From a virus (taxonomy: Duplodnaviria; Caudoviricetes), in IMG/VR virus record IMGVR_UViG_3300018719_000035, positions 1 through 54,787 of that record: DNA of 54,787 nt; one strand, 5' to 3'. Every line of letters starts with the position of its first letter. Position 1 is the stretch's first letter. The notes beneath the pieces are model-generated. The model made no database searches and was not told the DNA's origin. It worked only from the letters and a program-made list of their open reading frames with translations. Below are positions 44,365-53,294 of the stretch, piece by piece. The translations under genes were made by a program, and so were the position numbers.

Positions 44365-44424
44365 CCCTCGCGTGCGTCAAGGCGAGAAGAACCGTGAGAG
44401 CGACCATATTAAGGGGCAATTGGG

Positions 44425-45339
44425 ATGGCTGAGGCGGTTTTCCGACACGAACTTATCTATCCAGATAATCACGGGATCACTCTGTCAGAAATTGCGGCGA
44501 CGCTCATTGCCCATGAGCGCCTCATCCCAATAGCCGCCGAGATATTAGAGCGCTCATACCCGGGTCTGCATATCGAGAAAATCACAGTAGATTTTGAATA
44601 TGCTAGAACCGGATCGTTGTCCGAAGCGTTATTTATCGCTATACTTGCTGTATATCAAAAGCAACTAGATGAAAGCGTTCCTAGAATGGTCGAGTACCTT
44701 ACAGGATATCAGGTACCGGATGACCTAAAACCTATTTTAAGCATCATCATTATTATATTGCTTTATTATGGAGCCAAGACTCTTTTCGAACGAGGCGGCA
44801 AGAAAGACGCTGCTCCGCCCCATATACAAGGCGACTACAATACATACATCTCTATTGCCGCTCAAAAACTGGCCTTGCCTCCTGGAACGGTCGAGAAAGC
44901 CGTAGAAGCCGCCGCTGGCGGCAAGAGGAAGAGCCGAGTTGCTAGGTCCGCTATCGATCTATTCCGCCCCGCCAAACGCGGGGGTAATGGCAGAATTATT
45001 GCGTCGGAGGCGGCTGAGATCAGCACAGATGCCGTCGCAGAGTTCCCCGACGAAATCATGCTTGCCGAATTGGAAGAGGACACTGAGATCGAACATCTGC
45101 CGGAAGCCCTGCTTGAAATTCGAGCAACAGATCGCGATGCGGCGGACCGGGGTTGGGCGGGCCGACTTGTTTCAGGATCATTTGCGACCAAGCGCCTCCC
45201 GCTGAAGCTATATCCCACGATTGATCGCGACGCACTTGCGGCATCTACGAAAGCCCGCGCTGAGGCCATCATTGAAAGTCGCCGCACAGGTGACAGTCTC
45301 AAGCCAATTCGGATCCACGTACTGAAGGTGCTGGATTGA
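44425..45339 (+). CDS. Hypothetical immunity-region moron (304 aa)
   Basis: Downstream of cI, visibly AT-richer, one hydrophobic segment. Confidence 0.8.
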   Translation: MAEAVFRHELIYPDNHGITLSEIAATLIAHERLIPIAAEILERSYPGLHIEKITVDFEYARTGSLSEALFIAILAVYQKQLDESVPRMVEYLTGYQVPDDLKPILSIIIIILLYYGAKTLFERGGKKDAAPPHIQGDYNTYISIAAQKLALPPGTVEKAVEAAAGGKRKSRVARSAIDLFRPAKRGGNGRIIASEAAEISTDAVAEFPDEIMLAELEEDTEIEHLPEALLEIRATDRDAADRGWAGRLVSGSFATKRLPLKLYPTIDRDALAASTKARAEAIIESRRTGDSLKPIRIHVLKVLD

Positions 45340-45442
45340 TCTGCCGAGCATTTTATTCGGCCAAGCTGAAACGCCTCCTTCCCTTTGCCTGTTGAGCCTA
45401 GGAAGGCTGACCGGGCTCCAATCCTTGGCCTTCGACCAGGAG

Positions 45443-45488
45443 GCCTCCTCATCTACCCGGCAACGGCGGATGGGGAGGCTTTTCTTTT
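45443..45488 (+). terminator. Intrinsic terminator of the cI transcript
   Basis: GCCTCCTCATC/GATGGGGAGGC stem followed by TTTTCTTTT. Confidence 0.7.
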
Positions 45489-45499
45489 GTGACAGCGCG

Positions 45500-45790
45500 T
45501 CAGCCCTCCGAGGCGGCAAGATCATTTGGCGCCCTTAGGTACTGGATCTCCTCGAAGCTGGCCTGCTCACAGCCGCACGCCTCACACCGGAACCCTATGC
45601 GGTCGATCACACCACTCTCATAGAAGTCGTGCTTGGTCGCAGCATCATCCGGCTCGTCGTAGAGCGTCATCTCCAGCGGGTGTGGCCGATCGCACTCCAG
45701 GCACTCCAGAACGATCCGGAACTTGCGCTTCTGGATGATTGGCCGAACTGCTGCCCCACTGCGAACGGAAGGCGGGAGAAGGACGGACAT
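45500..45790 (-). CDS. Small zinc-ribbon protein, probably SOS-regulated
   Basis: CLEC...CEAC; GAGGAG RBS; LexA box 18 bp upstream. Confidence 0.75.
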   Translation of the reverse strand: MSVLLPPSVRSGAAVRPIIQKRKFRIVLECLECDRPHPLEMTLYDEPDDAATKHDFYESGVIDRIGFRCEACGCEQASFEEIQYLRAPNDLAASEG

Positions 45791-45807
45791 TCTTTGCTCC
45801 TCTGAAT

Positions 45808-45822
45808 GTTCCTATTTTGTTC
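45808..45822. promoter_or_regulatory. Alphaproteobacterial LexA (SOS) box
   Basis: GTTC-CTATTTT-GTTC, an exact match. Confidence 0.8.
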
Positions 45823-45917
45823 ATGGTGAGGTAACCATTCCTGAGAGTCGAGTCCCCCTAAGGATTTCGGGCCTGTGGAAAAGTGGGAAAACCAGGAGGC
45901 ACAAACCTCCCCCAAAA

Positions 45918-45961
45918 TTCCCCTCTTAGGGGTTGACAATCTTACCCTATGAGGGGAATAT
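45918..45961 (+). promoter_or_regulatory. OL operators and early promoter
   Basis: TTCCCC-N5-GGGGTT at 45918 and TTACCC-N5-GGGGAA at 45942; TTGACA-N17-GAATAT at 45933-45961. Confidence 0.8.
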
Positions 45962-45988
45962 ACGGTCATCCAAACAATGGATGAGCCG

Positions 45989-46099
45989 ATGCAGACCCTC
46001 CCCACCTTCACTCTTGAAGCTCTCCGCGATGGCTTTGCCGTCGTGTTCCTGATCGGCGTTGTCGGCCTCTGCTGCGTGGCTCTCGGTGGAGGCTACTGA
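45989..46099 (+). CDS. 36-aa hydrophobic peptide, first gene of the early arm
   Basis: Manual translation MQTLPTFTLEALRDGFAVVFLIGVVGLCCVALGGGY. Confidence 0.45.
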   Translation: MQTLPTFTLEALRDGFAVVFLIGVVGLCCVALGGGY

Positions 46100-46100
46100 G

Positions 46101-46337
46101 ATGGGCGAGGTCATCCCCTTCCGTCCGCGCCGTCGCGCGGCCCAGCCAATCACAATCGAGCAAATCGACATCCGCGACATCCTGAATGTCACGATGGGCG
46201 AGCGCAGATGCACGCATTGCATGGGTCGTGGCTGGATCTTCACGCAAGACACCTACGGTCTCTCAGTGGTCCCCTGCCCTTGCGGCGGCACGGATGAAGA
46301 CCGGATCGAAACTCCTGACTTCGACGGGGCTGCGTGA
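46101..46337 (+). CDS. Small zinc-binding hypothetical protein
   Basis: GGAGG RBS; CTHCMGRG...PCPC. Confidence 0.65.
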   Translation: MGEVIPFRPRRRAAQPITIEQIDIRDILNVTMGERRCTHCMGRGWIFTQDTYGLSVVPCPCGGTDEDRIETPDFDGAA

Positions 46338-46708
46338 TGGTCGCCATCAATTTCTCTTCTCGCTTCGCCCCGCTAGTCGAGGCTGGCACAAAGCAGCAGA
46401 CGATCCGGCGCACGGCCCGCTGCAAGGTCGGAGATCATTTGCAGATCTACACCGGCCAGCGCACGGCGGGTTGCCGAAAGCTCATACACCCGGATCCGAT
46501 CTGCACCTTTGTCGGCTACGTCCATCTGCGACCAGACGGCATCACTGTTGGGAACGTAGACAGTCACCCACGGGATATTGATGAGTTCGCCCGTGCTGAC
46601 GGCTTCCACGACTATGCCGAGATGCATGCTTGGTTCGTCGAGACCTACGGCTCTCCGTACTTCGTCGGCTCCATCATCAAATGGCGCCTGCATGGGGAGA
46701 CTGCATGA
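46334..46708 (+). CDS. ASCH-domain protein
   Basis: F...V..G.KQQTIR, GD.LQIYTG and FARADGF motifs. Confidence 0.8.
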   Translation: MMVAINFSSRFAPLVEAGTKQQTIRRTARCKVGDHLQIYTGQRTAGCRKLIHPDPICTFVGYVHLRPDGITVGNVDSHPRDIDEFARADGFHDYAEMHAWFVETYGSPYFVGSIIKWRLHGETA

Positions 46709-46823
46709 TGGGCACCTACAACACCATCATGGGCAGCGTCTTCGCTGTGATCCTGCTCGGCTCTGCCGCTTACGCTCTCGTCGTCTGCATGTGGCCTGTG
46801 AAGGCTGATCGGGAGGCGCGGTG

Positions 46824-46994
46824 ATGGAGCAGACCGTTCAACCCGAGCGCATTACCGCCTGGCAGCCCAAGAACCGCAAGCTGCGCAATCTCCACTCTCG
46901 CAAACCATTCAGGTGCTGCGACTGTGAGCGGCACTTCGGGACCGAGGATGCTGCCCGCCGTCACTGGCGAGACAGCCACGGGAGGAAGGCATGA
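46824..46994 (+). CDS. 56-aa C2H2 zinc-finger-like protein
   Basis: Manual translation includes KPFRCCDCERHFGTEDAARRHWRDSH; GGAGG RBS. Confidence 0.6.
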   Translation: MEQTVQPERITAWQPKNRKLRNLHSRKPFRCCDCERHFGTEDAARRHWRDSHGRKA

Positions 46995-47261
46995 CCTTCA
47001 AAAGCCCGGAGTGCCGGGCCTTCTCTCGCAAGGCTCAAAACCTTGCACTGGTCCTCGTGGCGGCCGTGACCCTCGCAGCCCTTGGCGTCCTGCTTCATTC
47101 CATCTGGGTTCTGCGTCCATGAGGCAGGTCGTCATCACTCCCCGCTGGCGAGGCCCTGAAACCAAGCGCATCGCCCGCCGCAAGATCGAAACAACCTCCC
47201 GGCTCTGCAAAGAGCTGGGGCTGCCAAAGCCAATCCTGAAGCTGCCGAAGGACAAGCATCA

Positions 47262-48005
47262 ATGAGCAATCAATCTAACGCGGTGGCCGTCCAAGAGCCC
47301 ATGAGTGCCCCTGCCCTTCCTGAGAGCGCCGCCATCATTCAGGTGATCGAGCGGGCCGCGATGAACCCGGATGTCGATATCGACAAGATGGAGCGACTCC
47401 TCCAGATGCAGGAGCGCATCATGGAACGGAACGCCAAGGCGGCCTACGCGGCAGACTTGGCCAGGATGCAGCCTGATCTTCCCATCATCACCGAGCGCGG
47501 CGGCATCAAGGACCGCAGCGGCAACATCCAGAGCACCTATGCCCTTTGGGAGGACATCAACGAGGCCATCAAGCCGGTCCTCGCCAAGCATGGTTTCGCC
47601 CTGAGCTTCCGCACCGGACAGGAAGAGGGTCGCATCACGGTTACGGGCGTCCTGTCCCACCGCGAGGGTCATAGCGAAGAGACGACCATGCACCTGCCGA
47701 TCGATACCAGCGGCAGCAAGAACTCCGTGCAGGCGGTCGGCTCATCTATCTCCTACGGCAAACGGTACACGGCAGGCGCTTTGCTGAACATCACCAGCCG
47801 GGGCGAGGACGACGACGGCAAGGCGGCCGGTGGAGCCGCAACCATCTCGGAAGAGCAAGTTGAGGCCCTGCAGGATCTCATCATTGAGGTCGGCGCCGAC
47901 CCCAAGAAGTTCCTCGCATACCTGAAGGTCGAAAACCTCGCAGCTCTGCCCGCCAATCAGTACCAGCGTGCGGTCGATGCCCTCAACGCCAAGAGGACGA
48001 AGTGA
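47262..48005 (+). CDS. erf: ERF-family single-strand annealing protein
   Basis: YALWEDI, LSHREGH and QAVGSSISYGKRY...EDDDG motifs. Confidence 0.9.
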   Translation: MSNQSNAVAVQEPMSAPALPESAAIIQVIERAAMNPDVDIDKMERLLQMQERIMERNAKAAYAADLARMQPDLPIITERGGIKDRSGNIQSTYALWEDINEAIKPVLAKHGFALSFRTGQEEGRITVTGVLSHREGHSEETTMHLPIDTSGSKNSVQAVGSSISYGKRYTAGALLNITSRGEDDDGKAAGGAATISEEQVEALQDLIIEVGADPKKFLAYLKVENLAALPANQYQRAVDALNAKRTK

Positions 48006-48640
48006 TGAGCGAGATCGTTCAAGGCTCTGAGGAATGGCTGGCCATCCGGGTCGGCAAGGTCACGGCCTCCCGCGTGGCTGACGTGATTGCTCGTACCAAG
48101 ACCGGCTGGGGCGCTTCCCGTGCGAACTACATGGCCGAACTGATTGCGGAGCGCCTCACCGGCGAGCCCGCAGAGAAGTTCACCAACGGGGCCATGAAGT
48201 GGGGAACGGAGAACGAGCCCGACGCCCGGATTGCCTACGAGTTCCGAACGGATGCCGAGGTCGTGCAGGTCGGGTTCATTCCTCATCCGACCATCCCCAT
48301 GACCGGCGCGAGCCCTGATGGCTTGGTCGGCGAGGATGGCTTGGTCGAGATCAAGTGCCCGAACACGGCAACCCACATCGACACTCTCATCAGCCAAGCC
48401 GTGCCTAGCAAGTATGTGACGCAGATGCTCTGGCAGATGGCATGTACAGGCCGCCAGTGGTGCGACTTCGTTTCCTTCGATCCTCGCATGCCCGAGCACA
48501 TGCGCCTGTTCGTCAAGCGCGTTCACCGTGACGACGCCAGGATCGCTGAACTGGAAAAGGACGTGAGCGAGTTCCTGGCCGAACTGGATGCGAAGGTCAC
48601 AGAGCTCACCGCCCTTTATGACCGGAAGGCTGCGGCATGA
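48002..48640 (+). CDS. Lambda-type exonuclease (YqaJ family)
   Basis: QGSEEWLAIRVGKVTAS, GASPDGLV and EIKCP motifs. Confidence 0.93.
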   Translation: MMSEIVQGSEEWLAIRVGKVTASRVADVIARTKTGWGASRANYMAELIAERLTGEPAEKFTNGAMKWGTENEPDARIAYEFRTDAEVVQVGFIPHPTIPMTGASPDGLVGEDGLVEIKCPNTATHIDTLISQAVPSKYVTQMLWQMACTGRQWCDFVSFDPRMPEHMRLFVKRVHRDDARIAELEKDVSEFLAELDAKVTELTALYDRKAAA

Positions 48641-49152
48641 CCACGGCTCCGATCCTCTACACCTGGGACGGCGATGCGATGGTCCCGCTCCCGCGCTTCA
48701 AGGCAGAGTGCGACAGCTCCTTCGTGGTTGGCGAGAAGTACCGCCTCGTCGTCCATGAGGATCGCTCTATCGCCAGCCATAACCATGAGTTCGCCTTCGT
48801 AGCTGAGGCTTGGGCTCAACTCCCTGAGCACCTGACAGAACAGTTCAGGACGCCGGAGCACCTGCGCAAGCGGGCTCTCGTCGAAGCTGGGTACTTCAAC
48901 CAGCAGGAAGTCGATGCCGGGAGCCATGCCGCAGCGCTGCGCGTCGCCAACTTCATAGCCGCCATGGACGAATACTCAGTGGTCGTCGTGCGAGGCCCTA
49001 TCGTGGTCGTGCGCAAGCCTAAGAGCCAGTCCCGCCGCGCCATGGGCAAAGAGGAGTTTCAGCAGAGCAAGCAGGCTGTTCTTGAGATCGTCGCCAACAT
49101 GATCGGCGTTCAGCCTGAGGCGCTGACGCGGAATGTTGGGAGGGCAGCATGA
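48637..49152 (+). CDS. Recombination-module hypothetical protein
   Basis: Coupled to the exonuclease; 171 aa. Confidence 0.75.
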   Translation: MTTAPILYTWDGDAMVPLPRFKAECDSSFVVGEKYRLVVHEDRSIASHNHEFAFVAEAWAQLPEHLTEQFRTPEHLRKRALVEAGYFNQQEVDAGSHAAALRVANFIAAMDEYSVVVVRGPIVVVRKPKSQSRRAMGKEEFQQSKQAVLEIVANMIGVQPEALTRNVGRAA

Positions 49153-49526
49153 CAGAAGATGTCGGCACCACCCGCCGCAAAGTCCTAACCCCTGCGCAAC
49201 GCCTCGCCATGTTCGAGCGCCACAACGGTATCTGCTGCATCTGCGGGAAGAAGATCACGGCTCGCCACAAGTGGATTGATGAGCACCTTATTCCGCTTGG
49301 GCTCGGCGGGACGAACGATCCCTCTAATCGAGGGCCGGCGCATGACTTTTGCGCTGATGCGAAGACGCATGGCAAGGACGGCGACATTGCCCGGATCGCG
49401 AAGGCTAAGCGCGTGAAGATGCGCCACCTGGGCATCCGGCGACGCAAAGGGCCGCCTATTCCTGGCAGCAAGGACTCGCCCTGGAAGCGCAAGCTCGATG
49501 GCACGCTTGTTCGCAGAACCAAGTGA
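49149..49526 (+). CDS. HNH endonuclease
   Basis: CCICG...DEHLIPLGLGGTNDPSN..PAH..C. Confidence 0.85.
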   Translation: MTEDVGTTRRKVLTPAQRLAMFERHNGICCICGKKITARHKWIDEHLIPLGLGGTNDPSNRGPAHDFCADAKTHGKDGDIARIAKAKRVKMRHLGIRRRKGPPIPGSKDSPWKRKLDGTLVRRTK

Positions 49527-49566
49527 AGCCCCGCCCCCTCTATCGCCACGCCTCCTAGGACAGAAC

Positions 49567-49944
49567 ATGACAGAGCTAGTGAAACGACTGACTGACGTTC
49601 TGGATGCTGTGAAGCATTACATGCATCTGGAAGGGTTGAAGCCGGGCAACTCCGCTGAAATCCAACTCAGTCACGCATACGACATCGCAAGAGAGATTTC
49701 CGCCGCCCTATCGACCCCAGAGGGAGAGTGGAGGCCTATCGAGACGGCTCCGAAGGATGGGACGGCAGTTCTCGGCTTCCAGGCGACGCCGGGTGATCAC
49801 GAAAATCGCATGGCTGTGTGCTGGCGGTATGGGAAGCCTGAAACCCCGCTCTGGATGGGCGAAGGTGGCTTGATGCCTACGCATTGGATGCCGTTGCCTA
49901 AACCGCCCGCTTCTCCTCTCTCCAAGGAGAACGAGCATGGGTAA
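49567..49944 (+). CDS. DUF551-like protein
   Basis: WRPIETAPKDGT...PTHWMPLP.PP. Confidence 0.8.
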   Translation: MTELVKRLTDVLDAVKHYMHLEGLKPGNSAEIQLSHAYDIAREISAALSTPEGEWRPIETAPKDGTAVLGFQATPGDHENRMAVCWRYGKPETPLWMGEGGLMPTHWMPLPKPPASPLSKENEHG

Positions 49945-50105
49945 GCGCGTGATTTGGCTCAAGACAGATCGAGGTTACGTCAAGTCTTGCCTCAACGAAG
50001 ATGGATTGGCCGGTCTCATCTGGGCTCGTCGCTACAAGCAAGAAGACCCCACCAAGCACCCGTACCTGATCGTTACTTACGTCTACCGCCGCAAGGACTC
50101 CCCCC

Positions 50106-50954
50106 ATGTCTAACCCACACAAAGCCCCTGAGAGCGGGGGAGAGATGAAGCAGGGCGCACCCTTCGGGCCAGGCTCTCGTCGTTCCGATCAAGCTGCTTC
50201 GCATCTTGACCCTGCGGGCTTCGATCCTTTGCGCAAGCTGCGCGTCCTCGACCTCTTCTCGTGTGTTGGCAATCACCGCATTGGCTTCGAGAACGCCGGC
50301 ACATTTGAAACCGTCGCTCATGTCGAGAAGAGCCCCTTCCGCCGCCAGATCCTGGCGAAGCGCTTCCCAGGAACCCCACTGCATGAAGACGTTCGATCCT
50401 ACCAGGGCAAGCACGGCGAGGCCGATATCATTGTCGGAGGCCCGCCCTGTCAGCGGACAAGCGTTGCTTCCGCTATTCACGGATACCGGAGCGGAGACAG
50501 CCTGTGGCCGGACATGCTCCGCATCGGGCTCGACATGGGCGCAGAATGGTTTGTCGTGGAGCAGCCGCCCGGAAACAAGATCTGGGAAGCCGAAGTCGCT
50601 GACGACCTTTCACGAGCTGGCTTCCACAGCGCCAGACTTGAGTTCGGCGCTTGCGATGTTGGTGCGCCGTATCCGCGCCGGAGGGTGTTCATTCTTGCCT
50701 GCCCCAGCCTGTCGCGACTGGAGATCGCCTGGCAGGCGGGACCATCCGCGATTGAGCGCGTCAAGAGGGCAGCAGATGCCCGAGGTGCTTGGAACCCGGA
50801 CAAGCTCGGAACTCTACGAGTGGATGCTCAATCTGCCGGCGAGATGGACCGATCCAGAAGCCGACTTCGCCGCGAGCGGATAGAGGCGCTTGGCGACAGC
50901 AACCCGCCTGAGATGGCCGAGGTCATCGCTCATTGCATTCTGGAGGCAGCATGA
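50106..50954 (+). CDS. C5 DNA cytosine methyltransferase (atypical motifs)
   Basis: VLDLFS, GGPPCQ, GAPYPRRRVF and RIEALGDS motifs. Confidence 0.85.
   Translation: MSNPHKAPESGGEMKQGAPFGPGSRRSDQAASHLDPAGFDPLRKLRVLDLFSCVGNHRIGFENAGTFETVAHVEKSPFRRQILAKRFPGTPLHEDVRSYQGKHGEADIIVGGPPCQRTSVASAIHGYRSGDSLWPDMLRIGLDMGAEWFVVEQPPGNKIWEAEVADDLSRAGFHSARLEFGACDVGAPYPRRRVFILACPSLSRLEIAWQAGPSAIERVKRAADARGAWNPDKLGTLRVDAQSAGEMDRSRSRLRRERIEALGDSNPPEMAEVIAHCILEAA
50153..50234 (-). repeat. Dispersed multi-hairpin repeat, copy A
   Basis: Same hairpin order and linkers as 50973-51061 and 52954-53036. Confidence 0.55.
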
Positions 50955-51751
50955 TGAAGCACGCACATCCCAGCGTCAGCGATGTCCGCCGCGAAGCGGG
51001 CGAAACGCGAAGCGGTTCGATCCGTCAGGACGACAGCGCGGCGGCGTCAGCCGAGACGCCCCTCTCTCCCCCTCCAGCAGAGACAAGCAGAGGGGAGCCT
51101 TTCGGGTGGCTTCATACCGCACCTCATGCAGAGGAGAAGTTCAGTCGCAATCCTCTGAACGAGGCGGACAAGGCTGCTGGCTGGACAGAAACAGCCCTCT
51201 ACACGCACCCCCTCCCCACCGTCACGGAGGACTATGCGGGGCTGATCGAGAGGCTGGAGGACAAACGCGAGAAGGCTATCGGGTTTGAGCCGTGGGGGCC
51301 GTATATCTACAGCACGGACATGCCTGATGAGGATTGCCAGGAAGCCGCCCAAGCCCTCCGCACCCTCCAGCAGAAGAACAAGGAACTGGAGGCCGACCGT
51401 GACGAATGGCGCACTCAGCATGAGAACCTGTTGAGTGTGAGAGCCACCGATATCGCCACCTTATTAGCGAATGTCGAAACAGCCGACCGGTTTGCCAAGA
51501 TCAACATCGGGGTCGCCGGGAAGTTGGCCGAACGCCTCACCGCCTCCCAAGCAGAAGCCGAAAGCTATCGCAAGGTGCTGGAGGAGAAAATTTCGTTCTG
51601 GCGCGACCAAGAACGGGAGTGGAGCAAATCAGCGAAAGACCCGACATCCTTCATGGTCGCGGCTGCTGCCCGGCATAAAGCCGAGGCTCTCGAAGAACTC
51701 CGCGCCGCCCTATCAAAGAAGCCCGCCGCTGAAGAGGGAGAGCAGGCATGA
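50951..51751 (+). CDS. Mosaic hypothetical protein (Ea22-like position)
   Basis: GGAGG RBS; GW.ETALY..P motif and a coiled coil. Confidence 0.65.
   Translation: MMKHAHPSVSDVRREAGETRSGSIRQDDSAAASAETPLSPPPAETSRGEPFGWLHTAPHAEEKFSRNPLNEADKAAGWTETALYTHPLPTVTEDYAGLIERLEDKREKAIGFEPWGPYIYSTDMPDEDCQEAAQALRTLQQKNKELEADRDEWRTQHENLLSVRATDIATLLANVETADRFAKINIGVAGKLAERLTASQAEAESYRKVLEEKISFWRDQEREWSKSAKDPTSFMVAAAARHKAEALEELRAALSKKPAAEEGEQA
50973..51061 (+). repeat. Dispersed multi-hairpin repeat, copy B
   Basis: GCGTCAGCGATG...CAGCGCG...GAGACGCCC. Confidence 0.6.
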
Positions 51752-51981
51752 GCGATCTGGATGAAAAGCGCCTTGCCGCCGAACTCGCTCATCTGGACCG
51801 GATCGAGGCCGTAGGGCGAGCGCTGTTCAATGACCCTCGGCTCACGCTGGTGGACATCGCGGCCATCCGCCGGGCGGCGTTGCACTTCAGTGTTCCGATG
51901 ATGTCAGCCTACCGCCGAGCGAAAGAACTCGGGTTGCTGTCGCACCAACAGCCCGCCGCTGAAGAGGAGATGGGACAGTGA
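51748..51981 (+). CDS. Hypothetical protein
   Basis: Coupled start; bracketed by an 18-bp direct repeat. Confidence 0.6.
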   Translation: MSDLDEKRLAAELAHLDRIEAVGRALFNDPRLTLVDIAAIRRAALHFSVPMMSAYRRAKELGLLSHQQPAAEEEMGQ

Positions 51982-52090
51982 GCCAGGAAACCTACGACGG
52001 GCTGATTAAGTTCACGGCAATCTTTATCGGCGTTCCCGCATCTTGGGCTCTCATCTGGGCCTTCTGCCGCATCATCGCGAGGCGATTCCC

Positions 52091-52501
52091 ATGACTGATC
52101 TTCAATCCCTGAAGCAAAGAGTGGAGAGGGCGACCGGGCCGGACTGGCAAATCGACCTCGATATCAGCGCAGCCCTTGTGTGGCCCCCTGAATGGAAGGC
52201 ATTGAAGCGGCCTGACGGGCATTATGATTTTAGAGACAACGAGACAGCGGACGCGGCGCTATCGGTTCACAAGGAATGGACCGCCTCTATCGATGCCGCC
52301 CTTACTCTCGTGGAGAGGCTTCTGCCGGGGTGGAATGTCTATCTGAGGCGATACAGCGATGGTTGGTACGCGCTAATTCAAGAGCCTTCTTACGCTGTTC
52401 AGTACCCCGCGTCAGCGCAGTTCGCGAACGCGGACCTCGCAGTCATACACGCCCTCCTCACCGCCCTTCTCTCCAAAGGATCAGAGCATCATGAGCGATA
52501 A
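52091..52501 (+). CDS. Hypothetical protein
   Basis: ATGPD..ID..I...WTASIDAALTLVE..LPGW pattern. Confidence 0.7.
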   Translation: MTDLQSLKQRVERATGPDWQIDLDISAALVWPPEWKALKRPDGHYDFRDNETADAALSVHKEWTASIDAALTLVERLLPGWNVYLRRYSDGWYALIQEPSYAVQYPASAQFANADLAVIHALLTALLSKGSEHHER

Positions 52502-53069
52502 GATGAGAGAGGCTGAGATCGGCAACAAGATCGCTCGCATCATAGCCGACCAGCTTGCCGTGCGCGCCGATGGCCGCGATCCAACCAGCTTGGATGACGA
52601 CGGAGTAACCCAGGCATGGGAGCACTGGTATGATATCGCTCTCCCGTGCGCAGAACAGATCATCGCCTACGCCCGCCCCCTTCTGTCCTCCGTCAAGGAG
52701 GATGGGGTGCCCTCCGTCCCTTCGGTCCTCGGGAAAGAGCAAGGGCTGTCGGAGGCCAGTCAGACGGTCGCGCCGCCCGCAAGATGGAAGCATAAGAAGC
52801 GTGGGACGATCTATGAGGTCCTTGGCGTCGCATCCGTCCAGCAAGCGACGGATCAGCAGCTTTATGACTTCGCACCTGTCGTCGTTTACCGCGGTGAAGA
52901 CGGCATGCTCTGGGTGCGCCATGAACGGGAGTTCATGGATGGTCGGTTTGAGCGCGTCAGCGATGAGCACCCATCGGGCCGAGACCTTGGGCTCGGGGCG
53001 AAGCCTGCCAGCGCGATCCGCGAAGCGGAGACGCCCGTCACCCCACCGGCAAAAGGAGAGACGAGATGA
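52491..53069 (+). CDS. Protein with DUF1653-like domain
   Basis: WKHKKRG..YEVLG...VVYR..DG.LWVR...EF.DGRFE. Confidence 0.7.
   Translation: MSDKMREAEIGNKIARIIADQLAVRADGRDPTSLDDDGVTQAWEHWYDIALPCAEQIIAYARPLLSSVKEDGVPSVPSVLGKEQGLSEASQTVAPPARWKHKKRGTIYEVLGVASVQQATDQQLYDFAPVVVYRGEDGMLWVRHEREFMDGRFERVSDEHPSGRDLGLGAKPASAIREAETPVTPPAKGETR
52954..53036 (+). repeat. Dispersed multi-hairpin repeat, copy C
   Basis: GCGTCAGCGATG...CAGCGCG...GAGACGCCC. Confidence 0.6.
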
Positions 53070-53290
53070 GCGAAAGGCCAGAAGTCGAAGCCCTAGCCGA
53101 GGCATGGGCCTCCATTGACGGGAAGCTAGCGAGCTTCCAGCGCGAACGTTCACAGCCCGACATGGCTTGGGACCACCCGGAGTTCAAAGGTCATTACGTC
53201 GGATACATCAGTGAGGCTGAGGAAATGATCCGCCGCCTCGAAGCACGCGGGTTCACGGTCACCGCCCTCCCCAAACAGGAACAGGGGTAA
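53066..53290 (+). CDS. Hypothetical protein
   Basis: AAAGGAG RBS; coupled start. Confidence 0.65.
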   Translation: MSERPEVEALAEAWASIDGKLASFQRERSQPDMAWDHPEFKGHYVGYISEAEEMIRRLEARGFTVTALPKQEQG

Positions 53291-53294
53291 GGAC

